NCBI GenBank assembly: GCA_050084985.1
Contig: JBITNC010000001.1
Location: 8,060,001-8,124,000 of the forward strand
DNA from: Nageia nagi
Taxonomy: Eukaryota; Plantae; Pinophyta
Length of the DNA stretch: 64,000 nucleotides
Reading direction: 5' to 3'
The translations under genes were made by a program, and so were the position numbers. This document shows positions 42,101-54,918 of the stretch, one piece after another. The notes beneath the pieces are model-generated. The model had not been told where the DNA came from. It worked only from the letters and a program-made list of their open reading frames with translations, and made no database searches. Within the stretch, counting starts at the first letter, position 1; every line of letters starts with the position of its first letter.

Positions 42101-42593
42101 TAATAAGAAATAGATTTAAAATAGTTCCTTGCCTAAGGAGGTGCAAAATATCTGGATCAATGATTAAGCTAGTTAGGAGATTACCATGGATTGTTTGGGA
42201 CCCTAGGAAGTGGTATAGAATGAAATTGAATATATATGGGTGGCATATAGGAGAAACCATTATTGAGACATGGCAGAGGATGAGTTGGTGATTATACGTG
42301 AACAAGGTTATCATTTCTCATAGTCTCATGCTTAATATTGATATTAAATTTGGGAGTACTAGGTTTATCATTCTTCGAGATTGCTCACATGAGGGAGGTG
42401 ATAGAGTTGGAGGATGATCTACGATATGGTGCATGTGATTCCAATGGTTGAACATTTGAAGGGTGGGAGGTTGGGTTATGAAAGTTAAGAGAAAGAAATT
42501 GAATGAAGATGTTTCCATCATTAAAGGAGAAATTTACAAAGCACATGCAGAGAGCTTTGGATTGAATGGAAAATTTTAAGTCAGGTGGAGGTG

Positions 42594-43526
42594 ATGGAGG
42601 ACACAAGGATCTTCATCCATAACCATCAAAGCTCCTAATAAGTGATGAGTCCATAAGGTTTTGAAGAAGGTAGGTTACTGAAGTTTTTTAGAGTAGTTTG
42701 AGGGTTTTGATGTGAATGTCTATCACCAAATAGTGAGAAGTTGGGTGGATGGTGGTGTAATAGTTGGGGCTTTCTCGTTCGATATCACTCCAATAGTCTT
42801 AGTGGAGATCTCTAGCTTGGAGGATGAGGAACTAAATATCATAATGGAAAAACACCTACAACAAACAAAACTAGATTTATTCTCATTATTGGAGAGAATT
42901 GGGTGGGATAGAAAGTATATCTTGAGGGAAGGCTTGCCTTAACCATAGCCAAAGATAATCGAGACAATTATGAACTATTTCACCCTAGACACCTATATGA
43001 CATGGTTGTGAGGCTACCACTTGGTAATACTGAATCACATTCACTGGAGGAAAAGGGTCATTGTGCCTCATTTTCTCTTCAAGGAGATGGAGAAAGCAAT
43101 GAAAGATTTTTAAAAGGGGCAAACTAAATTCACCTTGCATTAGGGGCTTTTCTTACTTATTGCAAAGTTTATGGCAAAAAAAAAGGCTAGGCAGGGGATA
43201 TGGATGACCTTATGCCAATAATTAAGAAACCTAAGAGCGAAGTTCTTAGAAAAAATTGAAAGTGGAAGGAGGTTGAGGAAGGGAGGCATATCTCATAGTG
43301 GAGAAGTAGGGTGCTGGTTAAGGAGGAATATGAAGACTGGAATGAAGAGACATCTTTGGCATCCTTGGTAGTAGAGCAAGGTTCCAGGAAGAATATGAGA
43401 GCAACTCATGGAATGATGTTGCAGGATATTGGAGCCCTAAGAGGAGCTCTACTAGCGAGGCTAAACAACATCGTGATGATGGTTGACAAGCTCCAACAAT
43501 GTATTTGCAAGGAGATGAAGGGGTAG
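42594..43526 (+). pseudogene. Decayed LINE accessory ORF3
   Basis: One frame 42661-43180: LKKVGY*SFLE*FEGFDVNVYHQIVRSWVDGGVIVGAFSFDITPIVLVEI..REGLP*P*PKIIETIMNYFTLDTYMTWL*GYHLVILNHIHWRKRVIVPHFLFKEMEKAMKDF*KGQTKFTLH*GLFLLI; coiled-coil-like end (ORF 43311..43526); colinear with 24816-24190. Confidence 0.75.
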
Positions 43527-44016
43527 GATCTGTGTTGTTTATGATGAGTCTACTTATTTTGACCCAAAAGAGAGGTGTCTGTGGTTGTTCATTGTCATGG
43601 TTTGTAGTGTCATTATTATATATTTTGGCCTAGAAAGGCGTAGGATGAAGTTGTCTTGGTCTAAGTGTATAGAAGGGTACCTAGAGGCATAATAAGTGTT
43701 TTGGAAACTAGTAGGTTTTTGAATAATGTATGGGCTTTAATTGGAAATCATAAGGTATTTGTAATTAAGGTTATTGGTTCCCATGAAAAACCACCATTAA
43801 TATTATAAGAAAATATAAATTGTATAAAATAATAATAATGTGAGTTATAGTATTACAATAGAATATGTTATTAATTAAGTAATATAATAATTAATTTGTG
43901 ATATATTGGGTATTAAAATGAAGTATTAATAGATTCATTATTTTTTGTACACAAAAACACAAAGAATATGAGAAAAGTATATGTATTGATTAAAAAAATA
44001 ATAGTATGAGTTATAG

Positions 44017-45484
44017 TTTTTTTTTTTGAATAAAAAAACCTTTCTATTATATTAAGAAACCTTATTAATACAAAAAGGGTGGATTGGATTTGAATACCCC
44101 ATATAACATACCATCGATTATACAAAATAATCATCTTTACAAAAAATTCTTACGAATCAAAAAAAGCATAGCTACCAAGAGAAATCATTACCACCAACAC
44201 ACATCTTAAATTCCAACCAATCAGCCAACAAGCATTTAAAAATATTCAAACATTAGAGTGGGGGGAAATTTATCAACAAATTTCATATGCTCCCACCCCC
44301 CATTATCATCATACATGACATTCCAACCATCAGTATTGATGGCTCTATAATTGGCTTCCCCTCCTTCAATGCAAGCACACTTCTCATTCCCTTGAAGCTT
44401 GTTAGGGTCAAACATCCCATCCATTGTTTATACAGAGGTTGTACATCTTGTTAATCAAAATTGCTTCTTGCATATGATGAGGATTTTGTGAAGCAGCCAA
44501 GTTATGTGCATTATACGGGTGATGGCCAAGATTACAGTTGTAGGAGTGATGACCACCACGAACTCCTCGATTGTGAGATCACTTTAATGGTGGAGGAACA
44601 ATATCCAATGGAACATGACTGAGAGTACAGGGAGCATTCCTCTAATGGTTAACCATATTCTATAAATGTTGCACTTCCATGTTCACTTTTTCAACTTTAA
44701 CCAGAATTTGCAACCAAGAATCGAAAATACATAGTACTTATGAGCAAGATAGAAATAGGTTTAAGCCTTTTGTATCCCAAAGATAATATTATTTTTGATT
44801 TTCCATAAATGATAAAGAATAATAATATGAAAAATATGCTAAACTTCACTGAGAGGTTTCAAAAATACAATAGGATCTCCTAGGATAACATGAACTCAAA
44901 TAATAAGAGAAGTAAGGAAAGGATTGAAAAAAAAGAGAACCCAATCCCAGGCTTCATGAGCTTTAGTAAAAGACCAAAAAATATGAAAAAAATATTCTAG
45001 TTCCAAATAAAAAGCACAAGTCAAGTTAACCACACTCAAATACACTTAACAATGGCCAATAGGAAGTCCCTGATGAAGCAGACTCCAAGAAAAAAAAACT
45101 TTGCTTAGGTTCTAAATACTTAGCCCAGACTACATTGAACCTAAGAGACCATCTTGACTGAGAAGATACCAAATCCCATTGCAAGTTTAGAGTATCAACC
45201 ATAGGAACATTGGGGGAAAGTCAAGTATATCCAAGATGAGGATTTTACTTCAAAAAATTTATTTTACAATTGGCATGCACAAGGATGATTTATAAGGCCA
45301 TTCATTTAGGAGACATACTATCAACATAGTCATTCGAATAATGAAAAATCATTCAGATGATCACATTTTGGATACAACCTGGATAATTAGGTTATGGGTA
45401 GAAATAGACAATTCATGTTAGCGCAGTTACAATCATTCCTAAGGTGGGCAATCTATGTTCGAGGTCATTCTAATGATGGACTTG
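44017..45484 (-). mobile_element. 5'-truncated LINE of another family (zf-RVT to poly(A))
   Basis: T11 at 44017-44027; reverse strand VWAKYLEPKQSFF.WSLLHQGLPIG (about 45135-45055) fits the zf-RVT start; possible TSD tagtatga at 44002 and 45485. Confidence 0.7.
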
Positions 45485-45519
45485 TAGTATGATTTTAGAG
45501 ATACAAAAGTCTAATTTTT

Positions 45520-46000
45520 AGCTTGGATACTCACTCTTGCTTTGTTCTAAGTTTAGAACTAAAGGTTTCCATTAATGGAAGATTTATTTCATATTTTTTT
45601 ACTTAAATTTGGTCTATAATTAAGCTTGTATGAATCTCTATAAATATGATGTAAGTTTCATTATAACAAGGAAGTAAAATAAGAAATTTGAGAGAATTGA
45701 AGTAGAGTTTTGCACAAGTGTGAGAAATAGATGAGAAGGTAATTTCTTGTGAGATAAATTGAGATTGTAGTGAGGATTCCTTGAATAAATAAAGAGAAAA
45801 AGGACAACAATGTTTCTATTGGTTGTATCTCTTGGTGGCTTTGAATTTATATAAAGAAAGGATTGGATATTCTTCGTGGACATAGCTAACATTGTGTGAT
45901 TCATATTACATGCTTGTGCCTTATCTTATTTGATTAAATATTCTTCTAATTTGAGTAAATTAATTGCTCAAAATTTATTTTGTATATATTGAATTCTAAA
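45520..46000 (+). mobile_element. Probable LTR fragment
   Basis: ctctataaat TATA-like motif, GA-rich tract, and cgtggacatagc..gtgattcatattacatgcttgtg resembling the U5 motif of plant LTRs; no partner LTR in the window. Confidence 0.4.
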
Positions 46001-46023
46001 AGTGGTAGTGTTACACAATCACA

Positions 46024-49000
46024 TGCAAGGAATGTTGAAGATAGCCTTGCCCAAGATCATAAAATAAAAGCGATAATGAAAGTGAATCACAAATAAGCAC
46101 AAAATAGTTGATTGCATTATCCTTAAAGAAATGAGATACATAACCTTGCTTAAATATCAAGAGTAATAAATAATAGCTACAATATCAAACTAATCCATAC
46201 TGTTGGATCATAACAACCCGATAAGAGGATAAGGATGGCACATCATCAACATAATGAACTTAGCAATAGAGTTAGATACCTAACAAGGTAATAAAATACT
46301 CTAACACCACCCCTTAAGTGATAATAGGGAGGAGTGTTGACACAAAACAACAAAATAGAAAAAGTGGCTAAGTCCATAAATATGAGTCCTGACAACTAGG
46401 TCTAATAAGGTACTCATGTATAATGGCTATCATGAATCTCTCTAGTGTATGATGAAAAAACCACATGGGAAAAAAACCATATGCTATAAGAGAAGAAAGG
46501 AAGGTGGAGAGGAATATATCCTCATCAATGCCACCCAAGGATAACCTCCTTCACCCCAAGCAAGCCATGTAGCTCAATAAAATGAAGTGAAGCAAGGAGT
46601 TTAGAGAATATGTTGGCAATCTATTGTTGAGATGGAAGATACTCTAAGCTAAGAAAACCATCCTAGATATGCTTGGAATGAGGATGCTCACTAGGATTGC
46701 AAGAGATGTGGATGGAGCTCTAGTTGTCACACCAAAGAATTGTAGCTTGATCCTGAGAATAACCAAACTTATATAACAACTATCAAATATAGAGAGCCTC
46801 CTGACTCACATAAATAGCTACCCTATACTCTACATCAAAGGATGAAAGTGCAATAGTAGATTACGACTTGCACAACTAAGAAGTGGGAGAGCTAATAAGG
46901 TTAAACACATAATCAAAAGTAGAATGATGAGCAGTAGAAGAGCTAGCATAATCAGAATTAGTATAGACAACCAACATTGTATCACCTTTGGTATAAAACA
47001 AACCAAAGTGTGAAGTTTCCCTCAAATAACAAATAATCCTCTTAGCTATAAGCCAATGAGAATCATGAGGAGAATATGCAAACCAAGAACAAATCTTAAT
47101 AGCATAAGAGATATCATGTCGAGTGTGAGTGAGATGTGAGAGACTCCCAACCAACTGGTGATATAATAGCATCACATAGAGGTGTAGTGTAAGATGAAGT
47201 CCAAGTAACCTCACTTTGAAAAGGAATTGAATATGGCATGCAATAAGCCATCCCAAATTGCTGAAGAAGATCCAAGGCATACTACTGCTGATAAAGAGAG
47301 ATTCCTAAATCTATCTGAGTAACCTAAAAATCTAGAAAAGAGTGAGTTAGTCCAAGTTCTCTCACCTTGAAATAGGTAGAGAGGGACTATTGAAGAGATT
47401 GAATGTGAGAGCTATAACTGCTAGTGAGTATAATATCACCATCACACAACAAAAGGATGTTAATGTGAGCATCATCTCTCCAAATACGAACAGTGGGATC
47501 AAAAGCACATCACACAAAACCATAAGAGAGAAGAAATGATTCCATCTCACTATACAAGAAAGAAGTTTGCACATCCAACTGAAATATTAACTAACTCTAC
47601 GAAGTAGCTAGAGCAAGTACAAGTCATATAAAATCTATATGAGAAATATGAGAGGCTTTATACTTATCTAGAGAACCATCTGATGTATACTCTACTGTCA
47701 AATTATCATCCCCCTTAGATATGCCAGTAGCCTTTGAGTCTAAACATGGAGCACTTGAAACAACCTAAGTGACCAAATCAATACCAATGGAATGAGGATG
47801 AGAAGTAGAAGAATCCTAAATGAGAGAGGTTGCATCCTTAAAAATAGAAATATAAGTAACAAGAGAAGGAATATCAAGAGTAGAACCATAGTTATTAGGT
47901 ATGTTCACAATTGAATCATTAACATTATTATCATCTGAAACCACAGGAAAAGGAGTAGGAGGATCCACATCAAAGCCCTCAAATTGATAGAGTTGAGCAG
48001 AATGATCAATGAAACCTTGAGAAATTAGTGAGTGTGGGTCCTCCATGCTACGAGTATCAAAACCCTAAGGTGTAAATAACATTTTCTGACCAATACCAAA
48101 AGTACAAATTTGATACATAGAGAGTAGGTTGGTGGTGATGTCAAGAACATAGAGAACATCATGAATGCACCCCCCATCAACAAGTACATCACCTTTCCCC
48201 TTCACTAAAATGTGAGAGGAATCACCAACCTCAAGAGTAGAAGTCAAACTATAACATAATGATGCAAATGACTTCCTAAATGAAGTCATGTGGTGTGAAG
48301 CACTTGAATCAATAATCCAATTGGATGAAGAAGAAGTTAACCATCCTCAAACATTCAAGGCCTTCCCAGTGGCCTAAGTGTCAACAATATGGTGCTTCTT
48401 CATATCTTTCTCCAAGGATTTCAACTTCTCATAGTACTTGGTCTCAAAATGACCAAGCTACCACAAAAGTCATAAGTGAAACTACCCTTCTTTAGGGTAT
48501 GCTTATCAAGATGAGACTCCTTAGAATGAGAAGCCTTCTAATTTGATTGAGCTACTGAAGGTGTGGTGGTTTCATGATTAAGCTTTGACTTGCCTTTTTC
48601 GTAGATGATGCCACTACAAGTACCTTACTGGAAGATGATGTCATCTCTAACAAGGAGAGTATTGTCTATTCTCTTGTGAGCTGATCACAAAGTTCTTCCA
48701 AAGTAGGCATCTTACATGAAGAACCCAAAGCATACATAATAGAAATAAAAGTATAATAAAATACATGAAAATGTCCAAACAACTTGGAAAAAATCAAGAA
48801 TATACAAACTTTCTCTTCTTTCTTTTGACCACTACCTTTCAATTGTGTATACAACTCCTTAAACTTAGTGAGATAGTCCACCATGGTGGGAAAATCATGA
48901 GAGGATAGTGCAATAAGTTGAGCCTAAATTTGAATTACTTTTATTATATCAACTTTACCAAATAAATTATCCAATTTATCCTATGCCTCATGTGGAGTAG

Positions 49001-51893
49001 TAATGTTTTCAAAGTGAAACCATAAACTCTCACTAGTATTAGCCCTAATCAATCCAAATGCTTTAGTTTATGATTTAGAGAAAATCAATGTTTCATAATT
49101 AGTCTTGAATGTGAAACTTTTTCCTTAATTAGTATACTTAGGCCTTTTTGTGTTAGTATGGTCAACATGTGTGTCTTTCAAGTGTGATAATTGTGAGGTG
49201 TGAGAGCATCCATGATGAATTTGAAAGTAGAATCCATCACAACAAAAGTACAAGAAGAAAAGCAAACATAAGAGTGCACTAAATTGGCACCTACATAATC
49301 CCCCATAAAGGCTTATAATATTGTACACTTTATAAGGTAAAAGAACAAAATTTGCATGATCCACAACAAAGAAGATGAAGTCAAGCTTCCAACATAAAAA
49401 GAATCACAAGAAACAGATTCCATATGTGGATTCAACGTAATTAAGTATCCAAGGATCTAATTAAATTAATGATAAAAAATCATTAATAACTTAATTAAAA
49501 GACTTGATATTATTACAATGAGAGAGCCTTAATCAAATAGGCAAGGTGAATGATTACAACCATAGGATGGGTTGATACATGGAATGATCTCAACCATCCA
49601 AACATAACAAAGTATGATAAGGATAAGAATGAAAACCCATATGTTGTCAACTAACTTAGCAATGCTAAAGTTAAATATACTAACCTAACAAGCTTACTTA
49701 ACTCCAACACCCCTCTTTAAGTTAGTCTAGGAGGTAGTAGATACAAAAAACATGCTAGTACACTATGGGTCTTGACAACATGGCCTTATGAGATACCCAT
49801 AAATAGTATAAAATCCCTCACAAACAGAGAAAAGGGAGAAAAACCTATGGGAAAAACTACCCCCTAAAAGAGATCTAAAAGAGGAAATTTGGTACAAAAA
49901 TGTTGTAGAAATCATTGCCAATGAATATCTACAAATGAAAAGTTGAAACCTCCAAATAAAGTAGGATCAAAGAGCTACAAATTTGCATGAATAAGATCCA
50001 ATCAACACTAGAAGCTGAAATGTCATCAAATATGCAGTTGGTACAACCACAAGGGACCAAGATCTCATAACAAGGATCCTAAAAAAAGTTGCATTCGAAC
50101 AAAGGTACACTGAAATAAGATACAAGGACACAAAGTGAGAACAACATACATGCCTAAAGATGGGTTCACATGTAAGATAGCATGATCAAATATGGGTTCA
50201 CATGTAATGCAATAGATGAGGAGGGTAACTTGATGTGATAAATACAACTCAAAATAATGCTAAAATAAAACTCCAAAGTTTGAAGTCTAGGAAAGCAAGG
50301 TCCAACGAAGGTTGAAGAGCATCCTTATGGATATCATCCCATATTATTGAAATACATGAGTGCCAACTACTATAACTGCTGAGTTGAGTAGAAAATGAAT
50401 CTGAATATAAGGTTTTCTCATAAAATGTAACATCATGGAAGATATTCAAGGCTAAAGGAATCAAATGAAGGCAATTCAAAGAATCTTTTTCCAAAAGATC
50501 TAATAGGATGAGATAATAGGAATACCACCAAAAGGTCCACTAAGGATGCATATGAGCTACCTTGAGGATAAAAACATCCAATGACACTTAAGAAGATCCC
50601 CCATGAGAATGACATACTCTAATGCTTCCCAATATTGACCAAAGTGCCTCATAAGGAGTAGATAGGCTTGAAAAAGAACCATGATTATAAGGATAGTCGA
50701 TCTCAAAGTGACTTCACAAGTACAATGGTGTGGTATTTACCTATACACTATAAGATCACAACAAAGGCTTATAATTAGTATTCTAAGGAGAGAGATTAAT
50801 ACAACCAACAATTAGAAAGTGAAGAGCTCAGAGTTTGCTTTGTAACTGAAAAAATGATACCCAAAATGAATACCCGAAGCTCAAGATATTGAATTAATAA
50901 GGTTGAGTATCAAAAAAAAAAATTGGACCCTAAAATATTAGAAAATTAATTAAATCAAATTTAATGATTTTAATGAATTCCTAAATCAAAAAATTTGAAA
51001 TAAGATTATGGACAGCATAAGTGATGAAAATGTATCATTCAAGTAGTCAAAACATCCAACTTGGAACTAGGAACGTCATGAAGCTGATGGTTCTAAACAA
51101 ATGACCATTGAAACTTTGGAGAAGGCCAAAAAAACATCGATGAACAAAATTGCTAGAATTAATTTGAAATTGGAATGAAGTACAAATCTTTCGAGGCTTG
51201 TCACTTCACCAAATGACTTCAAAATCAAGCGAGATAGAAACCAACAGTGTTTATCTCAAAAAAGGGTATCCATATTTACTTCCAGAAGTCAAATTTGATC
51301 AACAACAACTTCAAAAATCATGCCTATATTCAATATGATATTTTTCAATGACCAAGCATGCTGAAAATGCAATCTAGATGACAAAGAGAATGCCACACCA
51401 CTCAAAAAATGTACCCACTAACTTGTAGATCTGAATCAAAAATATAAAAAATACCTTCAAAAATGTAGATCGAAGGCCCACCAACTAAATCTCCCACTAA
51501 GAGGTTAAAGACCAAATAGCGTAGCAAGCTATTTGCAATGTTATTAGTTGATGCTCTCAACACAATAGGCTCCCTGAAAATATTTCAAAACCTCTAAAGC
51601 ACTGGTACCATGAAAGGAATGTCAAAGACACCCTTGCCCAAGATCACAAAAAAAATGAGACAATGAAAGTGAATTACAAATGAGCACAAAAGAGTTGATT
51701 GCATTCTCCTTAAAGAAATGAGATACATAACATTGCTTAAATATCAAGAGCAATAAATGACAACCACATGATCAAACAAATCCATATTGTTGGATCATAA
51801 CAATTCAATAAGAGGATAAGGATTACACATCATTAATCTAATGAACTTAATAGTAGAGTTAGATACTTAACAAGGTAGTAAAATACTCTATCA
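46024..51893 (-). mobile_element. Composite Ty1/copia element (copia C)
   Basis: 283-bp LTRs 46024-46306 and 51611-51893 (TG..CA); perfect TSD tcaca (46019-46023 / 51894-51898); PBS gcactggtacca 51599-51610; PPT 46307-46318; gag from 49213 (MDALTPHNYHT), protease WIIDSSASHHMTS, partial RT/RNase H. Confidence 0.92.
49350..49721 (-). mobile_element. Third, related-family LTR plus PPT inside copia C
   Basis: Ends ..aacttagcaat..acctaacaag..actccaaca (49709) followed by cccctctttaag, paralleling 46255-46318; the following 49722-49870 resembles 46319-46495. Left boundary uncertain. Confidence 0.65.
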
Positions 51894-52253
51894 TCACATG
51901 GGTGAGTATTTTAATCATTGTACATAAGGAATAACACTCAAAGATATTTATAGTTGAGATCTGCAAATCAATGTTACTGATAAGAGGAATACATGTAATT
52001 ACTAAAACATATTATATTATCTTCACTACAATATAAAAAAACACATTTTAGGCTAGGGAGAGTGTAGTGTGAATACATTTTTATCTGCCTATATATATAT
52101 CAACACAATTTCTAATGGGATTGCAATTCCCATGCTCCATACTAGGCTTTATATAGTCTAACAAATGTAGTAAGAAAGAGCATGCAAAGATATATCTCAT
52201 AATATCATATTAAAATAGATCTCCTCTTGATAATAACTCTTCGTGCATGTAGG

Positions 52254-54918
52254 TGAAGGAAATAATCTTAAAAGACTAAAATCCTAATTTACCAAGATCA
52301 CTTGAAAGTTCTCTAAAACATCAACATTCAAAACATAAATGCAATAGCCAATCTCATAGATTTGACATACAAATAATGTATTTCCTCTCATACAAGAGAG
52401 TACATTCATTAACTAATATATTTCTCATTCACAAAGATGACTCTCTTAGAAGATCTCTTTCTTCCTCTCCTAACACTAACCCTATAGCATATTTTTACTT
52501 CAATCTCAAATGAATAATCTCAAGGAGAGGACCTTCTATTTATAGGTCAATTCCACCCTTATATCACCCTTTATTAACCATTGTACAAAGATATGACATG
52601 CTTCACCCTTTTACCCAGGAGGAATGCTCATGAGAAAGAGTGTAGGATAAGTTACATTACCATATTAACTTAAATACTTAAGGTATCTAGGGATACCTTA
52701 CTATTGGCAAATTTATAAGAAGAACATTACAAAACCTTTCAATAATGCATTATACATTCCAACATTTCTCCTTAATGCAATATTGGGATAGAGTGAAGAA
52801 GATAGAAGAAAGAGAGAGCAAAAAATAGTTCTCCTCCATACAAATACAATTGGATATGAGAACTTTTACATCTTTGTGAAGTAAGCAATATCTTAGTTTG
52901 AGAGTCGCTACTTTATCATTCTAACGAATGGTTTACAATACAATCATTAACCATACATAGTTTTAATGTACGTAAAGTAGTCATCCAATTGAAAGTTGAC
53001 ATGATGAGCCTCCAGTAACCTGCAATCTCAAGAAGAAACCTACAAGATATAGGCAGCTCAAAAAATAAGATCGATTAGATGCATCATATCAATAAGGATA
53101 AATGAATCAAGCAATGCCATCCATAAACTGGTCAATGGTGCACTATAATTCATCATGAAGATGCCAAGCCAATACTCATAGTCATTTGTTGTATACAAAA
53201 CATATGTTGATTATCATCATAAATAAAGCATGACAAAATGCACATACGAGTTCCTCACACATGGATAATTACACACTACCAAAAGACACATACGAGTTCA
53301 TCACATATGGATAACTAAATAATAAAAAAATATCCATCATATACACATACAAATACTTCATCACACAAGTAGAACTAGCCAAAAGTACACACACATATCA
53401 ACACTATATAGCCAAAAATCCTCCTATGGATGAAGTTATCATCACAAACATGAATTCAACACAAGAATTCAAACTTCACTCCCCCTTAAGGGCAACTTCA
53501 CCAACCTGATAAAATCCCTAAGATTACTAAATTGAGCTTAAAGAAGGGGCTTGGTGAACAAATTAGAGAAGTTCAAGGTAGATGGACAATACTACAAGTG
53601 TATGATGCCATCTATAACCTTCTCCCTGATGAAGTGGGCTTGGATTTCAATATGTTTTGTTCTCTAATGGAAAACAAGATTCTTGGGGTTCTAAGAAGCA
53701 ACCTATTATTTTTCTTTTCACCATATAAGCCGAATACTAAGCCATATATGTTGCGACCCATGATTTATTTTGCTTAGCCATCTTTTGAAAGAAATTAGGT
53801 ATAAGCAAGCTCATCCATCTTAGAATTGGGTTAGTGAAGTTGCCCTTAAGGTGAAGTGAAGTTTGAATTATTGTGTTGAATTCATGTTTGTGATCAAAAC
53901 TTCACCCCTATGAAGATTTTGGTTGTATAGTGTTGATCTGTGTGTACTTTTGGCTAGTTCTCCTTGTGTAATGAACTATTTGTACACTTGAGCATATTAT
54001 AGACCACCATTAGCATTGTTCAGTTATTCATATGGGAGGAACTCATATATGTATATGATGGGATTTTTTTTGCACTGTTTAGTTATCCATATATGAGGAA
54101 CTTGTATGTGTCTTTTGGTACTGTTTAGTTATCCATTTGTAAGAAACTTGTATGTGCATTTTATCACACTCTATTTATGATGATAATCAACACATGTTTT
54201 ATATATAATAGGTGAATATGAGTATTTGCTTTGCATCTTTGTGAAAGAAATTGGGTATGAGAAAGCTCATCCATCTCAGATTTCTTCAAATAATCAGTCA
54301 ACTATTTATTTGGCTAAGAATCTTATTTTCTATAAGAGAAGTCAAATATCAATCCATGTATGTTGCTTCCCAAGAAGCTATTTGGCTTTGGCATATTCTG
54401 ATACCAGATGAAGGAAATAATCCTAAAACACTAAAATTGTAATCTACCAAGATCATTTCAAAGCTCTCTTAAACATCAACACTTAAAACATAAATGCAAT
54501 TGTCAATTTCACAAATTTGAATCAAATATAAAGTTGTTCCTCTCATACAAGAGAGTACATCCACTAACTAAGGTCTTTCTCATTCACAAAGATAACTCTC
54601 TTACAATATCTCTTTCCTCCTCTCCTAACACTAACCCTATAGCATATCTTTGCTTCAACTTTAAGTGAATAATCTCAAGGAGAGGTCTTTCTATTTATAG
54701 GCCAAAATCCTCTCTTAGATCACCCTTTTAACCATTATACACAGATATGACATGCTTCACCCTTTTACCCAAGGGGCATGCTCATGAGGAGTGTAGGACA
54801 AGTTACATTATCATATTCACTTAAATAATTAAGGTATCTAGGAATACCTTTATGTATTGGTGAATTTACAAGAAGAATATTACAAAACCTTTTAATAAAT
54901 GCATTATACATTCCAACA
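52254..54918 (-). mobile_element. Non-autonomous copia-derived LTR element (element D) with an internal inverted repeat
   Basis: LTRs 52254-52764 and 54409-54918; TSD gtagg/atagg; PBS tctgatacca 54397-54406; PPT 52765-52775. The 1.64-kb interior holds only 3' UTR and RNase H pieces. LTR and UTR are related to copia B. Confidence 0.92.
53154..54244. repeat. Long inverted repeat (arms about 53154-53510 and 53826-54244)
   Basis: For example atcacaaacatgaattcaacacaagaattcaaacttcact (53440-53479) pairs with agtgaagtttgaattattgtgttgaattcatgtttgtgat (53855-53894); complementarity continues along both arms with one indel of about 60 bp. Confidence 0.9.

Larger units (their letters stand above)
28090..43812 (+). 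mobile_element. Near full-length L1-type LINE with RNase H and an extra 3' ORF, interrupted by copia B
   Basis: TSD atataacttgtctaaaata (28071-28089) / atataaattgtataaaata (43813-43831), 2 mismatches; ORF1, ORF2 and ORF3 remnants in order; A-rich end. Confidence 0.9.

Noticed and set aside
44130-44700. A third ORF3 copy in the reverse LINE
   Set aside because: The translated segment shares none of the ORF3 motifs; this LINE family appears to lack it.
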